This document shows, piece by piece, positions 1 through 12,500 of a stretch of DNA of 64,000 nucleotides. The stretch spans positions 13,594,628 through 13,658,627 of the forward strand of contig JARFYF010000029.1 of assembly GCA_030265395.1 (NCBI GenBank), written 5' to 3'. The DNA is from Rhina ancylostomus. Taxonomy: Eukaryota. The notes under the pieces were generated by a model that was not told where the DNA came from, ran no database searches, and worked only from the letters and a program-made list of their open reading frames with translations. The first letter of the stretch is position 1. Every line of letters begins with the position of its first letter. The position numbers and the translations under genes are program-made.

Positions 1-112
1 TACCCTGTACTACCTCAATGCACTGTGTAATGAATTGATCTGTATGATTGGTATGCAGGACAAGTTTTTCACTGTACCTTGGTACAAATGACAATAATAA
101 ACCAATACCAAT
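1..112 (+). mobile_element. 3' UTR/tail of a Rex1/Babar-like LINE
   Basis: Near-identical to 3384-3510 (…cactgtaccttggtacaa..gacaataataaaccaataccaat), which follows a Rex1-type ORF2 C-terminus. Confidence 0.8.
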
Positions 113-662
113 CCAGAACAGTAACTGTCTTGTTGATATCTGCGCTTTATTGCCTGGATCTGCCTCATTATCAGCTAGTTATCGTTTACATTGTATTTAC
201 ATTACCAATCTCCAATTGTAAAAAGACAATTAATCTCATCCAATCATCAAAAGATAGACCGCAAGTTAGTCACCAGAAAACTTCAATTTAAATACGAAAG
301 GTAGATTTTTTGGCTTTGGATGGAATTAATGAAATGGTGTCTGAATTTAAAATTTCTACTAAAGTGTACGCACACAATCACAAATGTAAAATCTTTTATG
401 AATCACTTTAATCAGGCAGCATAGTAGACCGTACTTGTTTCTTTTCACAATTGAGAGATTTTTGTGTTTGAATCTTGTGGAATTTTATAAGCTCACTTGA
501 AATGGTTTTATCACTAAAAGGCATTTTTGGTTAAACTGTCCTGTGCCAATCAGAATTAAAATGACATTTTAAAAGTGAAGCTATACTAATTTACTGTTTA
601 CACATTTCATTTGTGTGCATACTAATCAATGTCATAGTAGATTAAATTATTAAAGTGCCGTT

Positions 663-1010
663 GCACAGCAGTCAGTGCTGCTATCTTACAGTTCCAATGA
701 CTTGGGTTCACTCCTGACCCTGGGTGCTCTCTGTGTGGGGCTTGCACATTCTCTCTGTGGCTACGTGGGTTTCTCCAGAGTGCTCTGATTTCCTCCCATA
801 TCCCAATAATGTGCTGGTAGATTAATTGGCCACTGTAATTTGCTCTCTGAGTGTAGTTAAGTAGTGAAACAAATCAAAGGGGAGTTGATGGGCATGAGAG
901 AGAGAGAGAGAATAACTTTCCGGGTTACATTGAAATAAAAGGGAGAATGGGACTGATATCATTGCCCTGCTCAGAGCCTGCATCTTCCCAATGGGCCAAT
1001 TGTGTCATAA
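663..1010 (+). mobile_element. tRNA-derived V-SINE (HE1-like), diverged, with internal (GA)n
   Basis: B-box-like gggttcactcctga; V-domain gtgggtttctcc..gtgctctgatttcctcccatatccc; ttaattggccactgtaa. Confidence 0.75.
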
Positions 1011-1111
1011 TAAGCAAAATAATAAACTTCTTTTCCATGTGTGCCTACCGAAATTAACACAATTTAAAGAACTTTCCTGAACCAGGGAAATGAGCAAATA
1101 AGGGTTTGAGG

Positions 1112-1200
1112 TGCAACCTGCTTAAATTCTCTTATCTTTGATTTGTCCAATTGATGTGGATTTGGACAAATCAAAGATAAAAGAATTTAAATAGGTTACA
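1112..1200. repeat. Long inverted repeat (39-bp arms, 11-nt spacer)
   Basis: 1112-1150 tgcaacctgcttaaattctcttatctttgatttgtccaa versus the reverse complement of 1162-1200; 35/39 identical. Confidence 0.9.
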
Positions 1201-1384
1201 GCTAGTCAGTGGAATTAATTAACAAAATGAATCAAAGGTTACAAAATACTGAGTTGTTTTACAGTACTTTAATGTTAACTGGTTTGATAATTATCAATCT
1301 ATAGTTGAGACTAGTATGCAAGATTTAGGCTTTATTCTTTAGCTAGCTGTAAAGATCAAGATAGCAAGGCTATTATTGATATTT

Positions 1385-1620
1385 AACCTGCGTTTCTACA
1401 GTCCTTTTCATCATCTAAGGATTTCGCAAAACACTTCACAGAGAAAGAAGTATTTCTGAAGTCAAGTTAGAATTTCAGTATAGGGAAACTCAACAGCTTA
1501 TTTGCTCATAGCACATATCCCATTGCTATGAGATAGACAATATGTGGGCAGGAGGGATCTTAGTCTTTTAACATGATGGGATCTTTAACATGTGATGTTA
1601 AGTTCCCACATGAGAAGCAC
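1385..1620 (-). mobile_element. Decayed Deu-domain SINE fragment (SacSINE1/AmnSINE1-like)
   Basis: …cacttcacagagaaagaagtatttctgaagt…gggaaac..aacagcttatttgctcatagca resembles the reversed 3' portion of Deu-SINEs. Confidence 0.5.
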
Positions 1621-2240
1621 TAGTACCATTTAATTACTAGTATATATCTAATTGGTATCCCATTTACTTTATCTGTCTTTGTCGTTCATCAGAGGAATCC
1701 AGAATTCCTGCCAGTCTTCCCATTGATTTAGCCGGGCTTTAATCATGCTTGCACTAAGTGTATATAATGATTGTAATCAGTACTTGTTACAAATACCACA
1801 AAAGTAATTCCAATGCTTATTTACTCAAAAGACCATTCCTTGCAAAAACAGCATCAAAATACTAATTATCAATGCATCAGAGGTTATGACTATTATACAA
1901 ATAATGTTATTAAACCCTTGAACATTTACAAATCATACTTTCATATTCCAAAACTATCCCTTTGTTTCTGAAATTTCTACACTGTATACACTGGACTGAG
2001 GATTTTCCTTGACTAGTTTTTAACAACAGCAGATATTGATAAAAATAATTTAATCCATCTTCTACAGTGATGGCTGCTGGTTTGAAAAGAACTATCTGGT
2101 GAGGAAGTTACCTCACTAGTTAGTTACTTACTCTTCAACCAGGACTGAATTTTGCCCTCTTACAGGTTTAGCACATACTTGGAGCTTGAATCTCTAGAAA
2201 TGAGCTGAAGGCACAGAAACAGTCTTAACAGCCAACTTTT

Positions 2241-2488
2241 TAAAAAAAATTTATTTTATTTACAGCATGGTGACAGGCCCTTCCGGCCCAATGAGTCCAC
2301 ACCACCCATTTTAAACCCCAAATTATCTTACCCATACATCTTTGAAATGTGGGAGGAAACCGGAGCACCAGGAGGAAACCCACGCAGACGCGGGAGAACG
2401 TACAAACTCCTTACAGGCAGTGGCAGGACTCGAACCCAGGTCGCTGGTGCTGTAATAGTGTTGTGCTAACCACTACACTACCGTGCCT
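2241..2488 (-). mobile_element. Full-length V-SINE (HE1-like) with CR1-type tail
   Basis: Reverse strand has A box (ggtagtgtagtggttagc), B box (gggttcgagtcc), V-domain and tail gggccggaagggcctgtcaccatgctgtaaataaa; homologous to 10783-11026. Confidence 0.9.
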
Positions 2489-3104
2489 CCCTTGATATTA
2501 CTGCTACAAATATTTGCAGTTGTTATCAGTGAAAACCTTATTTCTGTGTTCATCTCTATTTTACAATGTACTTCGACCCATTCTAAATTCTTATTGTTGC
2601 ATTTGCTTCTCAAATTTAAAGTTTCCTGAATTGTGTTCGTGAAGACAGATTGAACCATTGACAATTGAAACTGCCGTGAAATCACTATTCTTCTCTTTAC
2701 AAAATAAATAAACTAATTAGTTTAGACTGCTTTATCACAGTAATCTTTTAAAAAGATGACATCACTGGCACTTCTGGGCATATTGTGCAATAAAGATTTA
2801 GTATTGTGATGACCTGATGACGTTTGTCTAATAGTTCATGTTCTTTATCCAATTACAAGTGGCACTGCAGCTTTATCAGTCTAAATATCAGCAGATTTAT
2901 CCTCCTCAAAATCCAATAGGGGTTCCAGTCATTGCATTGCTGTAAATGGCAGTGGATCATTTCACAGTAAGTGTTTCTGAGCTGCATCTTGGAAGGGATA
3001 GAGTTGAGGTGAATGCTGTGGAGTGTTGATATTTGTTTTCACTCTTCAGCATGTTGAAAGGAACAAATGAGGGAGAAAGCTGTTGAGGATGGAGAATCAA
3101 TGCT

Positions 3105-3510
3105 GGTCTTCTGTATCATAATCAAAGACCCCACCCACCCAGGTCATTCTGTCTTCTCTCCTCTTCCATCAGGTAGAAGATACAGGAGCCTGAGGGCATG
3201 TACGACCAGACTTAAGGACAGTTTCTACCCCACTGTGATAAGACTATTGAACGGTTCCCTTATACAATGAGATGGACTGTGNNNNNNNNNNNNNNNNNNN
3301 NNNNNNNNNNNNNNNNNNNNNNNNNNNNNNNNNNNNNNNNNNNNNNNNNNNNNNNNNNNNNNNNNNNNNNNNNNNNNNNNNNNCTCAATGCACTCTGTAC
3401 TAACTCAATGTAACTGCACTGTGTAATGAATTGACCTGTATGATTGGTATGCAAGACAAGCTTTTCACTGTACCTTGGTACAAGTGACAATAATAAACCA
3501 ATACCAATAC
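3105..3510 (+). mobile_element. 5'-truncated Rex1/Babar-like LINE (ORF2 C-terminus plus 3' UTR), with an assembly gap
   Basis: IIKDPTHPGHSVFSPLPSGRRYRSLRACTTRLKDSFYPTVIRLLN is the typical C-terminal motif; ends aataaaccaataccaatac. Confidence 0.85.
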
Positions 3511-3627
3511 ACTGTGCAATGAAATGATTGGCAAGTGAAACATAATTTCATTATAAACCTGTAAACAGTCACTTTGCTAACTACTTACTTTGGAATCCTC
3601 TATGTGCTTTTATCCATAGGATTTGCA

Positions 3628-3965
3628 GAATCAGGATCAGGTTTATTGTCACTGACTTGTATGTCATGAAGTTTGTTGTTTTGCAGCAGCAGTACAGTGC
3701 AAAGGCATAAAATTACTATAAATTACAAAGTAAATAGTGCAAAAAAAAGCAATAATGAGGTGGTGTTCATGGATCGTTCAGAAATCTGATGGCGGGGGGA
3801 AGAAGCTGAGTGAGGGTCTTCAGTCTCCCATACCTCCTCCCCAATGGTGGTAACATGACGAGGGCATGTCCTGGATGGTGAAGGTCCTTAGTGATGGATG
3901 CCACTTTCTTGAGGTACCATCTCTTGAAGACGTCCTTGATGGCAGGGAGAGTTGTGCCTATCATC
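3628..3965 (-). mobile_element. Second Rex1/Babar-like LINE 3' fragment, different subfamily
   Basis: LPAIKDVFKRWYLKKVASITKDLHHPGHALVMLPPLGRRYGRLK…AIRFLN; distinct 3' UTR ending aataaacctgatcctgattc. Confidence 0.8.
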
Positions 3966-6900
3966 AGAGCTTACCTAATGATGCTGGCCCTGACAATTAT
4001 AATCAGTCATTGGCTACTATATTACTTAGGCACAAATCATGCTGTACTCAATTTCCAAGTAGGATGGACTTCAAAACCCAGGCCATTTATCCCACAAACT
4101 GATTCCTGTATCCAGGGAACAATATCTGTAAATCCTTGATGTGTTCCCAATATTAAGGAGGACATTTCAACAAAATCATCAAGTATGTTATACAAAGATT
4201 CAATCAGACCAGATAGCACTCAAGATATCCCAAAATGTAGTGCACCCAAAAAGGAACATCCTTTAATGGAGTCAGAGGTTACCTTGAAATGCTGTCATAA
4301 CATCAAGCTACTTGTTAATATTAGAGAGCTGAGTCAAGCTAACTAACCTGCCTCCCTTCATTCAGGAAAGCTGAAAGGTACTTTACTCAAAATGTTTGTA
4401 GTTTTTGTTCAAGAATTTCCTTCAACAGACAATCATTCCTTCTCCTGTTGTTGTTGCAGAAACTATCTAGGGTCACAAATGGCTTTGGTATTATGACTGT
4501 GGGACATGCTCATTAATGCAAACCTGAAAGTTTCCTTGTAACAAGTTCTTTGCAAGTTGCTTATGAACACCATTGACTCGTGCAGTGAAATCAGGAGTTC
4601 AAGCATTGAGAGAAATTTCCTTTGTGTCAGGATTAGATTCAGTCTTTCAGAATGTTCTGCTTTGTCAAAGAATTGAGTGAAGGATTCAAACATAAAGTTC
4701 AACATATTCTTCAACCATATTGCTAAAGGTCAGATCGTTCATTAAATCAAAGCATTCTTTGACATTAGCATGTTCCAAATTGATCGCCAATTTATTTTAC
4801 CCTTAAGCTTCCATGAAATTCCGTGGTTGCTTTAATGGTACTTTGATGCATTCTTTAAGTTAGTACCTCTCTAAAACTTGGTTTCTCAGAGTCATCTTTA
4901 TTCTTGGCATCAAGTTGTGACCTATTGACTGTGAGGATGGAATTACATTCTAGCAGAAATTCGCAACTGAATATTTCCCATTAGAATTCAAAGTTTGTTA
5001 ATCACTGGACTGGGACTGGTATTTGTGAAGTTTGCCCTGACAGTTAGATGATCACCCTTGGAATACCTCAGTTGTACATTATCACTGAGTGCATCATGTG
5101 TGCTAACAAAGATCGGTACAGGCTCCTGCTTTCTTTATCATTAGCTCGCCTTTGTTGAAATTGAAGAGGAATTATTGCAATGTTAATCTTGTGTGGTTTG
5201 ACCCCAATTTGTGTCCCTAAGACTGCCATAAGCTTGCTTCTGCCTGATTCAGGTGCAGAATTCAGTCAATACTTCGCAGAGTAACAAATTAAAACTTAGC
5301 CACACTGATTAGACTGCAGCTATAGTACAGTTGGCTGTTCTAGGCACCACCCATTGTGAAGAATACAGCAGGGAAGGCAGAGCAGTGTAGCTTTACCATA
5401 TGGTCTTCAAGGGTTAAAGTATACCTAAAAGCTATAACGTAGACCGAGGATGAACTCAGTGGAATTGTGAATGTGATGATTGCCAGCATGTGCTACTCTA
5501 GGTAACATAGGCTCTAATTGTACAACAGTCCAAAAAACTGTGCTAATGGATTTAATTTGTACACTTAGATTTTTCCCACTTATGAGTGAAGAGGACATTG
5601 GCCAAATCTAAATTTCCAGTTGGTCTCTTTATCTCTGTCCACCAACTGAAGGAACTTTTGTTTGTGTGCCAGTTATGAAGGCCTGTCAAAGCTTTGGGAA
5701 AACAACATCTGGATGAAGCTCCAAATTCTGCTCTGAAATAGAACAGAGGACTGACTGTATTAATAATAACAGGTTGCAGTGATACAAATGAGTAATGGGA
5801 GCAATACTCTGCTTTTCCTCCAACACCAAGGCTTTCAGATTGTCAGACTTCTCTGTATGTGCCTTGGTTTTATTGCATTATGGTCTTATTGCCCTTGGTG
5901 AATATTTTAGTTGATTAAATGATGAAGAGGGGGAAGGAGATGATTAGTGTGAGATACAGAGCACATTCCAAGTTGGTTAACCAATGTTACCTAGTTAAGT
6001 TAGATAAAAAAAACACTTACCTGCTCTATCTCAGGTGTCCTGCCATTAAAATATGCTCTGTCCTTGTGACAGTCACGTTTGCTGCTGTGCTAGGTTAAGG
6101 TGCTAACTTCGTGTACAATTAAAGCAAGTTGGTGACTCATATAAGATATTGTTAGCATCACTAGAAAAAGCTAGGTTTCTATTTAGCTGGCACATCCAGC
6201 TGTCTCATACATCACTGTTGCAAAGTATCCGTGCATCCCACACTGACCACTGTACTTGAAATTTGGATAAATCTAGATTTGTCGATTACTGTACGCAAAG
6301 TCGCATGCAGATATCAATTACTTTACAGCTTCATTCTCAGCCTTTTTGTAACACTGAATATTAGATAAAAAGAAAATGGCCTGTTATCTTGGAAGCAGAT
6401 TTTTCATCTATTTGACTTAATGTCACAAGTTTACTAGTAAATTTATCAGGACTTGAAGGAAGTTTGGATCAGAAAAAGGTGCAATTGAGTTATAGGCCTA
6501 TATTTTTCATTTACTACTTTGGGTGTGTGTGATGGATGAATTCACTATATAGTGTCATTAATTCAGTCCTCCAATGGAAAGATGGTTCCACTAGAGCATG
6601 AAATCAGCTACAAAAGGCCAGTTTAACTCTTCATACAAGGAACTTCAGAATAATTGCTTACAGATTTTGAAGATGGATAAGCTCATTTTATTAACAAGCA
6701 ATGAAAACAAAATCAACAGCTTTAGGTTTGTATGGGAAGTTTATAAATTTAAAAGCAAGTATGTAGGTGGCTTGTGACTGTCCCTCAGGAAGTTAACTGC
6801 AAGTTCTGCAGTCAAAATTCAAGGGCATAGAAGAGCAAGTGATTTTCCTGTCTTGTTACAAGGGTGTAGGAAGTCATTGCATCAACTTCCAGATGCTTAA

Positions 6901-7934
6901 TGTCAACAAATTGCAACACTAATTGGTTTAAGATTGCATTGTCAATGGCTTGATTAAAGAAGCCTATTGTACACTCCTGTTTCTTTTGATTTTAACATTT
7001 ATTTTCCTTTTGCTGGGGACAGCTGCATACAGTATGTTGATAATTTTAGAGAGCTTTGATGAAGGTTTCTCAAATTCACACAGACTATTTTCTTTTTGTA
7101 TTGTTTGAATTGTTGCCTGATTGAGTAGCAGAGATTCCTCTGCACAGTGGGAGCTCCTAAATCGAATTTGTAACATCGCATTTTGGAACTTGTAACTGAT
7201 TCTTTTTGAATTCTTTACCTTTTGGGGGTTTCGAATATGTTGTCATTGAAAGATCTGAGCTGCAGCAATAGCTCAGGAAAAAAAAACGTTGTTCCCTTTT
7301 CAAGCATTATTGATAGAGTCCCCCTCGTGCTGCTTGCTACTGTCTTTGTTTCCTATACCAGGCAGTGGATATGGATTTATTTTTTTTTCTGGAGGTTGTT
7401 CTGGTCAATTGCTATGCATAATGTCCAAAGAACAGAGACAGGAGAGAAAATGTTTCCTTTGAATCAAGTGATCTTTGTTTTTTAGTATGGGTTAATCTGA
7501 GCCAAGTTTCCCAGGGCCTTTGACTTCAGCATACGGATGGGTTGGTAGGGGGTTGAAAGAGAACAGCATAAAAACTGAATGTCACAACACCAGGACAGCA
7601 GAGCTATGTTGTGGTGTGAATGCACATCACAGGGCTAGTTAGCTTTCCAAATAGAAAGTATTCAATGATGATCTCTGATTTTATTTTCATTTGATTATGT
7701 TTTTTTCATTTGGAAGCCTGCTTTGTCACAGAGACTTGAGAATATGAATTTAGGATCTTGTGAATCTTGGACTTGGGACATTGCACAAAAGTACAATATT
7801 ATACACTGCAGGCTCTCTTATTTGGTTATGTTGTGCCCATTAAATTTGAATTTGAATGGCTATTTCAGTTTAGAAAAGTAGTTTTTGTATGTAAACTGAA
7901 ATAACATTGAAAATCTGAGTCATAAAAACAATCT

Positions 7935-8200
7935 GTTTCGTTGAGGCATAAAGCTGGGAAAGGTTCCACTTTTGGAATTTGCTGATTTAGTCAATCTCAT
8001 CACGGTGGCAGTAGGATTGGTGGCCATGTAGCCTCAGGATGGCTGGAGACAAAGGAAAATCACTTGTGGTTCCTGTTCCCAATTACTATCTGAATGACCA
8101 CTCTTGAAGGAAGCAATGATGGGTGAGGAGGTTTGTCCACACTCACTGTCAAGGCTCAGGCGTAAATTGCTACCTTTTTGGGTATGGCACTGGAGGACAA
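7935..8200 (+). mobile_element. Old SINE-like interspersed repeat
   Basis: Similar in reverse orientation to 12200-12500 and 43440-43660 (ggaaaatca…gttcctgttcc..attactatc…cactcactgtc). Confidence 0.5.
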
Positions 8201-8439
8201 TCAGCACAAATGAACCTATGCTGCAGCAAAGAAAACCAAGTGTAAACTACTGCTCGATGAAAATTGCATGGAGAGGATCACAATCTCCAAGAAACTTGTC
8301 TAACTCTCAGTAGAAGGAGATTATGGGGCATAAGAGGGTGCAAAATAAAAGAAAAACATCCAGTGATTATAAGCCATTCCTACTGGAAATGTACTCTGGA
8401 TGAGTGGATGAATAATCAAGAGAATCCAAGTTTGGAACA

Positions 8440-8750
8440 TGTTGAGCTGTTCAGAGAATTTCAGTTCATTTAATATGACAATAAACTGGAACTAAGGCCC
8501 ATTCCATGAAATTAACCATAAATTGTCAGATTGTTGTAGACATAACTGGTTAACGATTGTTCTTCAATGAAAAATATCTGAAGTCCTTCTTAATCTATTC
8601 AGTGTGACTCCACACCAATTTGGTTGAATCTGAAGTCCCTGAGCAAGCAACTAAGGTGCATTGGAGAAGTTGGATGTGAGCAGTGCATGCTGCAGTTGCC
8701 AGCGATACTCACACTCTGGGAATGAAGAAAATCTACACGTTACTGAAATT
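8440..8750 (+). mobile_element. SINE-like repeat with CR1-like LINE tail, diverged
   Basis: Same family as 46955-47280 (ccatgaaatt…gtgtgactcc…gttgccagcgatactcacactctgggaatgaa). Confidence 0.55.
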
Positions 8751-8879
8751 TCCAAAAGCCAGATTCTTTATTGGTTTGGTCAAAAAAAAGTTCTCAAAAT
8801 ATACATTTTCAGTAAGTGAAAGCAACTTGCAGAAAGTTAACCATTTCAAAGAAAAATCGATTAGAATCTCATAACATTC

Positions 8880-9260
8880 CAAAGAATTTATTCACCATTA
8901 TTTTTGTTTCATAATGTAGAAAATGGAAATGACACTTTAGGCAGAGCTAACATTCATAACCAGCAATCTGATGATTCATTTTTATTTACGTTGAAAGGAT
9001 AAATATTGGCCTGAACACTGGGAAGAAACCCCCCTGCTCTTCTTTGAAATAGCACCATGACATCTATTGTCCATTTAGGAAAAGTAGACAAGGTTTTGAA
9101 TTAATGTTTCATCTGGAAAGTGGCATCTCTGATTCTACAGTGGTTGCTCAGCATTGCACCAAGTATAAACCTGGACTCTGCACTCAAGTCCCCGTAAGGA
9201 GACTTAAACCCAAAGAGTATGTGTCTCGGAGATGAGAGCGCTACCATTTAGCCAAGGCAC
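8880..9260 (-). mobile_element. Deu-domain SINE (SacSINE1/AmnSINE1-like) including tRNA-like head
   Basis: ttgaaaggataaatattggcc..aacactggg…cccctgctcttctttgaaatagcaccatg matches the recalled Deu core; head gccttggctaaatggtagcgctctcatctc on the - strand. Confidence 0.75.
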
Positions 9261-9679
9261 TACTGTTGTACTAAATGAAATAGATTCAGAACTGATCCAA
9301 CAGCTGCAAATTAGACATCCACAGGAAGTCGTGGGTCATCTGCAGTAGAAGTATATTCCACAACAATCCGTTATCTCATGGCCCAGTATATTGCCCTCTT
9401 TACGATTTCCGCCCTGGCTCAAAGAGGAATGTGAAAGTGCAGGTTGGTAACAGCATGAGGCATGAAAAGAAGTGAGGCGCTATTCTGATGAAGCTAAAGC
9501 AAAGAACAACGATTTTGATAAATGTTGGAATCAGCTTGCTATGGACAGCTAATTGATCCCAGACCCAACAGATCAAATGAAAATACTGCAGTCTTGCCAC
9601 ATTCGGTTGTGAACAATTAAATTGCTAGTGGAGGAGGAGAGGAGGCTGCTTGAACAATCCTGGCTTGAAAGTGCTGAAA

Positions 9680-10520
9680 TCAAGGCTTAGGTATTTGCAA
9701 CCATCTTCAGCCAGAAGTGCTGAAAGGTGATCTATCCCAGCCTCCTCCTGTGGTCCCCACCATCACAGAAGCTAGTCTTCAGTCAGTTTAATTCAGTCCA
9801 TATGCATATAGTAAAGGCTAATGGGGCCTGCAACAATTTGGCTGTAATCTTGTGTTCCAGATCCAGCTGCACCTCTTGGCTGAACTGTTTCAGTACAGAT
9901 CTAACACTGGCATTCTGCTGACAAAATGAAAAATTGCCCTGGTATGTCCTGTCCACAAAAAGTAGAACAAATAAAATCCAACCTATTGTCATCCATCAGT
10001 CTGTTTTCATTAAAATAATGGAAGGTGTTGTCAACAGTGCTACCAAGTAGCACTTACTCACCACTAACTTGCTCGCTGGCGTTCAATTTGTATCCTTCAA
10101 GAGTGTTCAGCTCCAGACCTCATTGCAGCTTGGTTCAAGTGTAAGTAAAAGAGTTGAATTTTAGAGGTGGGGTGAAAGTGACTGTCCTTAGCATCAAAGC
10201 ACCATTTGATGTTGAGTGTAACGTCAAGGAACCTGANNNNNNNCCAGAAAATCAGTTGGAAAAAACTACCAGCTAGAGTCATATCTAGAACAAAGGCAAT
10301 TGGTTTGTGGCTTTTTTAGACCAATCATCTCAAGTCAGGAAAATCACTGCAGGAGCTCTTTATATGGGGTCCTGGCTCTCACTATCTTCGGCTGCTTCAT
10401 CACTGACCTCTCCTCCATAAGTGGGGGCATTCACTACTAAATGCGCAATGTTCCGTTCCATTTGCAACCTCTCAGGAAATGAGGCACATGCAGCAAGAAC
10501 TGGAAAACATTTAAGCGTGG
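9680..10520 (+). mobile_element. Decayed CR1-group LINE ORF2 (RT region)
   Basis: Frameshifted motifs FATIFSQKC, VCPVHKK, MEGVVNSA, SAPDLIAALVQ, VKVTVLSIKAPFD; homologous to 63170-63740. Confidence 0.75.
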
Positions 10521-10699
10521 GCTTGAAAGGCAAATAGTACTCCCAGTGGGGAGAAGAAAATAAAAAAAAAGGGCGGTAGGAAACAAACAAGCTGAACCAA
10601 TATCACTTATGGATGATTGATGCAGACAGAGAAATTAAGTTGCTATTTCTGTTTGTTCTGGAAGTGGAGGACATGCCCAGCCTGACCTGCCGGGTCTGC

Positions 10700-11210
10700 A
10701 TTTCGCAACTCCTACATTCTTTTGTCTCTGCTCTAACTCTCTAACGGCTCCCATTCACCATGGACCAGATAACCTCGTTTTACACGGTAGCATAGCAGTT
10801 AGCACGACACTATTACAGCACCAGCGATCGGGGTTCGAGTCCTGTTGCTGTCTGTTCGGAGTTTGTACATTCTCCAGTGTCTGTATGGGTTTTCTCCGGG
10901 TGCTCTGGTTTCCTCCCACATTCTAAAGACGTCCGGGTAGGTTAATTTGGGGTTTAAAATGGGCGGCACGGACTTGTTGGGCTGGAAGGGCTTGTTACCA
11001 CGCTGTAAGTAAATTTTTTTTTTAAATTCCCATGGTTACCCAGTCAGATACATTCTTCTCCCCCACCCCTCCCTCCCTGCAGCTTTACAAGCTTCTTTTC
11101 TCTCCTTCCCGCTTCTGATAAAGGGTCTTCAACCTGAAACATCAACTCTGTTTCTCATTGCATGGATGCAGCCTGACTTGTTGAGTGTTTCCAATATTTT
11201 CTGTTTTTAG
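10700..11210 (+). mobile_element. Penelope-like pLTR/3' fragment interrupted by a SINE
   Basis: ctgataaagggtcttcaacctgaaacatcaactctgtttctc…gatgcagcctgacttgttgagtgtttccaatattttctgttt is homologous to the pLTRs of 26505-28635. Confidence 0.7.
10783..11026 (+). mobile_element. Full-length V-SINE (HE1-like)
   Basis: A box, B box ggggttcgagtcc, V-domain and CR1-like tail; homologous to 2241-2488. Confidence 0.9.
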
Positions 11211-12199
11211 TTCTGCTCATTAAGAGAGACATTGACCTTTCATTTCAACAAAAGTAAAGCAGCAGCTACAAAACCATGATCCCATATTGTATAGTGGTGA
11301 CTGGAAGCCCTCTAAAATTAGCAGTGCATTAGAAGCCATGCATAAACAACAGAGCTCATTTGGTGAATGGAAAATTCAGTCCCTTAGTAGGTACTGGAAT
11401 AATCTACTCCCTCAATTCATTTTGGGAGCCGTCAGCAGCATTGGCATAATTCTGTTCCTAGCTGAAGGATTTAATGACCTCCAGATGGGTATAGTGTTCA
11501 AATCAGGTTGTAACAATTGGGCATTATCCACATAAAATCATAACGTTACAGAGCACTGAGTTCACTCAGTGCACTTCGTGTTATTGCTTCGATTTCAGTT
11601 CATCATCTGGTCGTTTTCATTTCTAAAACTCAAATTACTACTTATTGAATTAATAATTAATCCAAATCCTTTGTGTGCTTCATCAGCTAAATTACATCCC
11701 CATTCCTAGATACTTTTTTTTTATTGTTATGAATTAATATAATTAAATGAAAACTTAGCAACAGAGAAGTGGTATTGTTGGTTCATGTACATTATTTATA
11801 ATTTATGGAGAGGTCACAAGCAATAATATATGGTCTGTTTCCAAGAGGCAACGCATTGTCCTGAGACAATAGTATTCAAAAACTTTTTCAGACTTTATTG
11901 GGGTTGGGTGGAAGCGCTGTTGTTGTAAACCCAATAGTTCACTTTGAAGTGCTGGATATATTCAATGCCTGTGGATATACTTCCCAGTTATCAATTAATT
12001 AATGTCTATGATATTTCATTCTTAAAGTATGGGAATGTGGAAATTTTGCTCTCTGAAAGATAAGTTTTTAAGCACCAGGATAAAAGTAAAACTTGTCGGT
12101 GGGAGGAGCCAGTGCATTCGACTTGATAATCAATCTCGTAATGACTGCTTTTAAGAAATTCTGCACATGTTGGGACATCCCGATACAAGTGCTAGGTGC

Positions 12200-12500
12200 T
12201 CTCAGATACCCTGCCACAGGGCTAATTCTTCAAATATTAATCTGGACAGAGAGTGTCAATCAGCTATTCAGCTGTAGGGACCATCATCATCAAGCCTAAT
12301 CCTGCCCCTGTCAAATAGACGACATCCAGCTAAGGGCAACTGGTTAGTGATCAGAACCAGTGAACAATAGCTGATTTATTATTCCCTCCTTAAGCTGGTG
12401 ATTCTGAGACCTCTTCCAACTTCCAGTTAAGATCAGCAAATCCAACACTGATCTGCCATCTTGCTCATCTGCATGAGTCTCAGTCAGATGAGATATTTAA
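12200..12500 (-). mobile_element. Old SINE-like repeat (family of 7935-8200)
   Basis: gacagagagtgtc…ctggttagtgatcagaacc…gctgattt…agatcagcaaatccaacac is the reverse of motifs at 7935-8200. Confidence 0.5.

Noticed and set aside
2400-2488. tRNA gene-like A/B boxes (also 10783, 47752 and 59113)
   Set aside because: These are SINE heads continuing into V or Deu domains, with no complete cloverleaf.
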